64,000 bases of DNA from an uncultured Chlamydiae bacterium. GTDB taxonomy: Bacteria; Chlamydiota; Chlamydiia; Chlamydiales; Parachlamydiaceae. The stretch spans positions 1-64,000 of the forward strand of contig CAWHMU010000045.1 in NCBI GenBank assembly GCA_963830365.1. Reading direction: 5' to 3'. Made by a program: the position numbers and the translations under genes. Shown piece by piece: positions 60,842 to 64,000 of the stretch. Position 1 is the stretch's first letter. Every line of letters begins with the position of its first letter. The notes beneath the pieces were generated by a model, which saw nothing but the letters and a program-made list of their open reading frames with translations, made no database searches and was not told where the DNA came from.

Positions 60842-62155
60842 ATGACACAAATGATCAATATCTGTTCTTCACCGACAAAAGCCAAGCGATCCGTGGACAT
60901 GAATTATGTCAACACAATTATTCTCGCGGGGGGGAATGGTACACGGCTTGAACCGCTTACAAAGACGCGCTGTAAGCCGGCTGTTTGTTTCGGAGGCAAA
61001 TATCGTTTGATTGACATTCCTATATCGAATGCCATTCATTCGGGCTGCTCTAAAATTTTCGTTATCTCCCAATATCTTTCGTCTTCTCTTAACCAGCACA
61101 TCTTTAACACGTATCATCCAGGCGCCTTTTCTTCTACTGCTATAGAGCTTATATCAGCCGAACAAAGACACGCGCAAAAGTCATGGTTTCAGGGAACGGC
61201 GTGCGCTATTCGACAAAATCTGCATCATTTCACTGAAACTCCGGCAGAGTATTTTCTGATTTTGTCTGGCGATCAGATATATAATATGGATTTCCAGCAC
61301 CTCATGAATTTTGCAAAAGAGACCAATGCCGATCTCGTCATTGCAGCATTACCTGTGAATGAGGAAGATGCAAAGCGGATGGGGGTTATGAAGGTGCATC
61401 CAGACTACTCTGTGGCAGAGTTCCATGAGAAGCCTCAAGCACAAGAACATATAAATAGTTTGCGTCTTCCTTTATCTACTTTGGAACAGATGATGGAGGG
61501 TGAGATTGGCAATCGGCAATTTCTTGGTTCGATGGGAATTTATGTATTCAAAAGGCAGGCCTTATTAGACTTGTTGGCCTGTGATGCGCGTGAAGATTTT
61601 GGCAAACATCTGATTCCAACTAAAGTGAGCCAAGGCAATGTCGTGGTTTATCCCCACAATGGCTACTGGGAAGATATCGGCACAATAAAATCTTTTTTTA
61701 AAGCTAACATTGCCCTGACGGCATCTGACCCTGATTTCAATTTTGGCGAAGAAAAAAAACATATTTTCTTCAGGCAGCATTACCTGCCAGCTCCAAAGAT
61801 CGCTAGTTCATCAATTATGAATTCCATTATCTGCGAAGGATCTTTTGTGGAAGCAGCTGAAGTGACAAAGAGTATTATTGGATTGCGGTCGATCGTAAAG
61901 CAAGGCTCCATCATTAGGAATAGCTATATCATAGGCAATGATTTCTACACTTCTTCCATTCAATCAACTCCTTCAATTGGAGAAAACTGCATCATCGATC
62001 ATGCTATCATCGATAAAAATGTGCATATAGGAAAAAACGTGCAGTTGATCAACAAAGATAAATTATTGAACTTCAGCAGCGATAAAATTTGTATTCGAGA
62101 TGGGATTATCGTTGTCCCGCGGGGAGCTCAGCTACCGGATGGATTTATTTTGTGA
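60842..62155 (+). CDS. glgC: Glucose-1-phosphate adenylyltransferase
   Basis: ILAGGNGTRLEPLT..RCKPAVCFGGKYRLIDIPISN, WFQGTA, ILSGDQIY, FHEKP, SMGIYVF, DFGKHLIP, YWEDIGT. Confidence 0.93.
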   Translation: MTQMINICSSPTKAKRSVDMNYVNTIILAGGNGTRLEPLTKTRCKPAVCFGGKYRLIDIPISNAIHSGCSKIFVISQYLSSSLNQHIFNTYHPGAFSSTAIELISAEQRHAQKSWFQGTACAIRQNLHHFTETPAEYFLILSGDQIYNMDFQHLMNFAKETNADLVIAALPVNEEDAKRMGVMKVHPDYSVAEFHEKPQAQEHINSLRLPLSTLEQMMEGEIGNRQFLGSMGIYVFKRQALLDLLACDAREDFGKHLIPTKVSQGNVVVYPHNGYWEDIGTIKSFFKANIALTASDPDFNFGEEKKHIFFRQHYLPAPKIASSSIMNSIICEGSFVEAAEVTKSIIGLRSIVKQGSIIRNSYIIGNDFYTSSIQSTPSIGENCIIDHAIIDKNVHIGKNVQLINKDKLLNFSSDKICIRDGIIVVPRGAQLPDGFIL

Positions 62156-62280
62156 TGCATTGAGGGCGCAAATTTAAGGTGCTCATTAATGACTCTCACT
62201 AGATCATGGTATAACCACACATTAACCTGCGAAAAGAGTTTTGAGCATAAGCCTCGCTTTTAGAAATATGGAAAAATCAG

Positions 62281-62928
62281 ATGCAGAAATCGAATGTAAT
62301 TACCCATTTGTTTTTGGATATCGGCGCCGTCCTGCTCACTAATGGTTGGGATCATCATGCCCGCAAACGGGCCGCGACGAGTTTCAAGTTGAAGTGGGCA
62401 GAGATCGAAGCTCGGCATCAGCTGATTTTTGAAACCTACGAAGAGGGGAAGTTTACGCTGGAAGACTACTTAAGTCTGGTTATCTTCTATAAAAAACAAC
62501 CGTTTACAAGGACTCAATTTCGAAGTTTCATGTTTGCACAGTCTAAGCCATATCCCAAAATGATCGATTTGGTGCGTCGGCTGAAGATAAAATATGGATT
62601 GAAGATTGTCGTGGTCAGCAACGAAGCAAGGGAATTAAATGCACACCGAATTCGGAAATTCAAGTTAGATGAATTTGTGGATTCTTTTGTTTCGTCTTGC
62701 TTCGTCCACGTCCGCAAGCCAGACACAGAGATTTTTCGCCTTGCATTGGACATCAGTCATGCCCAAGCCGAGCAAATAGTCTTTATAGACAACACTACAA
62801 TGTTCGTCCAAATCGCGGAAGGGTTGGGAATTCGAAGCATTCTTCACACAGATTATAAGTCCACATGCGCACAACTGGCTTCGTTCGGATTTCAGACTGA
62901 CGAAGGCGCCATCCATGAAACCAGCTGA
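62281..62928 (+). CDS. HAD-superfamily phosphatase (YihX/glucose-1-phosphatase-like)
   Basis: LFLDIGAVL motif I, VVSN motif II, RKPD..IF, FIDN motif IV. Confidence 0.85.
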   Translation: MQKSNVITHLFLDIGAVLLTNGWDHHARKRAATSFKLKWAEIEARHQLIFETYEEGKFTLEDYLSLVIFYKKQPFTRTQFRSFMFAQSKPYPKMIDLVRRLKIKYGLKIVVVSNEARELNAHRIRKFKLDEFVDSFVSSCFVHVRKPDTEIFRLALDISHAQAEQIVFIDNTTMFVQIAEGLGIRSILHTDYKSTCAQLASFGFQTDEGAIHETS

Positions 62929-63190
62929 TCAATGCATTCTGACGATCAATGGCGAGGTGGCGATCGGTATCTCAATGGACTGGATTTAGGCACGCTGCGG
63001 GAAGGATGGGTTGACCGCGGTGCGACATGGCAAATCCATAGACACAAGTATGGGTTTCGCCCCGACAGCAGGGGTCAATGGGAACCCGATCAGGGGATCT
63101 TGATCGGGATTGGTTTGGTATCTCGCGCGCACGGACGAGAAATGGATGATTGCACGCCGTTTGCGGCGTCTTGGCTTCTGGAATTAAAAT
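62915..63190 (+). pseudogene. ackA: Decayed acetate kinase with a large internal deletion
   Basis: MKPADQCILTING (cf. ILTINGGSSS) overlaps the HAD stop and is followed by an early stop. Later fragments R.LNGL..G and TDEKWMIAR (cf. C-terminal TDEELMIAR). Lies directly upstream of phosphoketolase. Confidence 0.65.
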
Positions 63191-63218
63191 AAAATAGCTG
63201 TTTGAAAGGAGCATTGTC

Positions 63219-64000
63219 ATGACAGTGAAAAATGGAATTAAGGAGAACAGCGCTGTACAAACGCAGCAGATGAATAAAACGGGCAATCCCCTGTCGCCTG
63301 ATTTGCTGCAAAAGATAAACGCCTATTGGCGCGCTGCCAACTATCTATCGGTCGGCCAGATTTATCTCTTCGACAATCCGCTGCTGAAGGAACCGCTGAA
63401 ATTATCCCATGTGAAGCCGCTGGTGGTAGGGCACTGGGGCACAACGCCGGGCCAGAACTTTATTTATGTACACTTGAACAGGGTGATCAAGAAGTACGAC
63501 CTGGATATGTTTTATATCGCCGGCCCGGGGCACGGCGGTCCTGCGGTGGTAGGCAATGTCTACCTCGAAGGCACCTATACCGAGATTTACCCGGACATCA
63601 CCCAGGATGAAGCCGGGATGAAAAAGCTGTTCAAACAATTTTCGTTTCCTGGAGGGATTTCCAGCCATGTTGCGCCGACGACGCCGGGGTCGATTCACGA
63701 AGGGGGGGAGTTGGGCTATTCACTCAGCCACGCATTCGGCGCCGCTTTCGACAATCCCGATCTGATTGTGGCGTGCATCATCGGCGACGGTGAAGCAGAA
63801 ACAGCCTCATTGGCAACCGCATGGCAGTCCAACAAATTTCTCAATCCAATTAGCGATGGCGCCGTGCTGCCTATCCTGCACCTTAATGGGTATAAGATCA
63901 GCAATCCGACTGTTCTGGCCCGTATCGAGCCTGAGGAATTGGAGCAATTCTTTCGAGGCTGCGGATGGACTCCTTATTTTGTCGAAGGCGATGACCCGGA
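63219..64000 (+). CDS. xfp: Phosphoketolase (xylulose-5-P/fructose-6-P), 5' part, runs off window
   Basis: Manual translation: [86 protein letters not shown]. Confidence 0.96.
   Translation, partial: MTVKNGIKENSAVQTQQMNKTGNPLSPDLLQKINAYWRAANYLSVGQIYLFDNPLLKEPLKLSHVKPLVVGHWGTTPGQNFIYVHLNRVIKKYDLDMFYIAGPGHGGPAVVGNVYLEGTYTEIYPDITQDEAGMKKLFKQFSFPGGISSHVAPTTPGSIHEGGELGYSLSHAFGAAFDNPDLIVACIIGDGEAETASLATAWQSNKFLNPISDGAVLPILHLNGYKISNPTVLARIEPEELEQFFRGCGWTPYFVEGDDP

Overview
Positions ~880-64000 read as the chromosome of an environmental member of the Chlamydiota. The call rests on the chlamydial gene order sod-accD-dut-ptsN-(HTH)ptsN...clpC, on hemG-hemE-tkt, and on chlamydial-type ClpC and GlgC. 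The first ~880 bp are foreign, betaproteobacterial-type rho plus a frameshifted trxA, fused mid-gene to a chlamydial metal-ABC permease; this is most likely a chimeric contig end. The core part encodes transaldolase, a branched-chain 2-oxoacid dehydrogenase cluster (E1beta frameshifted), a 2-methylcitrate operon prpBCD followed by an AT-rich flavoprotein resembling polyunsaturated fatty acid isomerase, a signal-peptide-bearing GlgC-like nucleotidyltransferase, a serine hydrolase, an SDR, a zeta-toxin-kinase/TPR fusion coupled to a lipase, an autotransporter, and a 3047-aa protein with 30 tandem IPT/TIG repeats. From ~45.7 kb an AT-richer accessory region carries a full-length cyclic beta-1,2-glucan synthase, a complete IS21 (5-bp TSD), a complete IS3-family element, a transposase remnant, glgC, a HAD phosphatase, a decayed ackA and the 5' part of a phosphoketolase. 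Most long intergenic gaps contain modular, often nested palindromic elements that share sequence modules between loci. These include a MITE with an 8-bp TSD and GTAG-headed REP-like hairpins with compensatory stem changes. I saw no rRNA, tRNA or CRISPR array. All family assignments come from motif recognition by eye, not from database searches.
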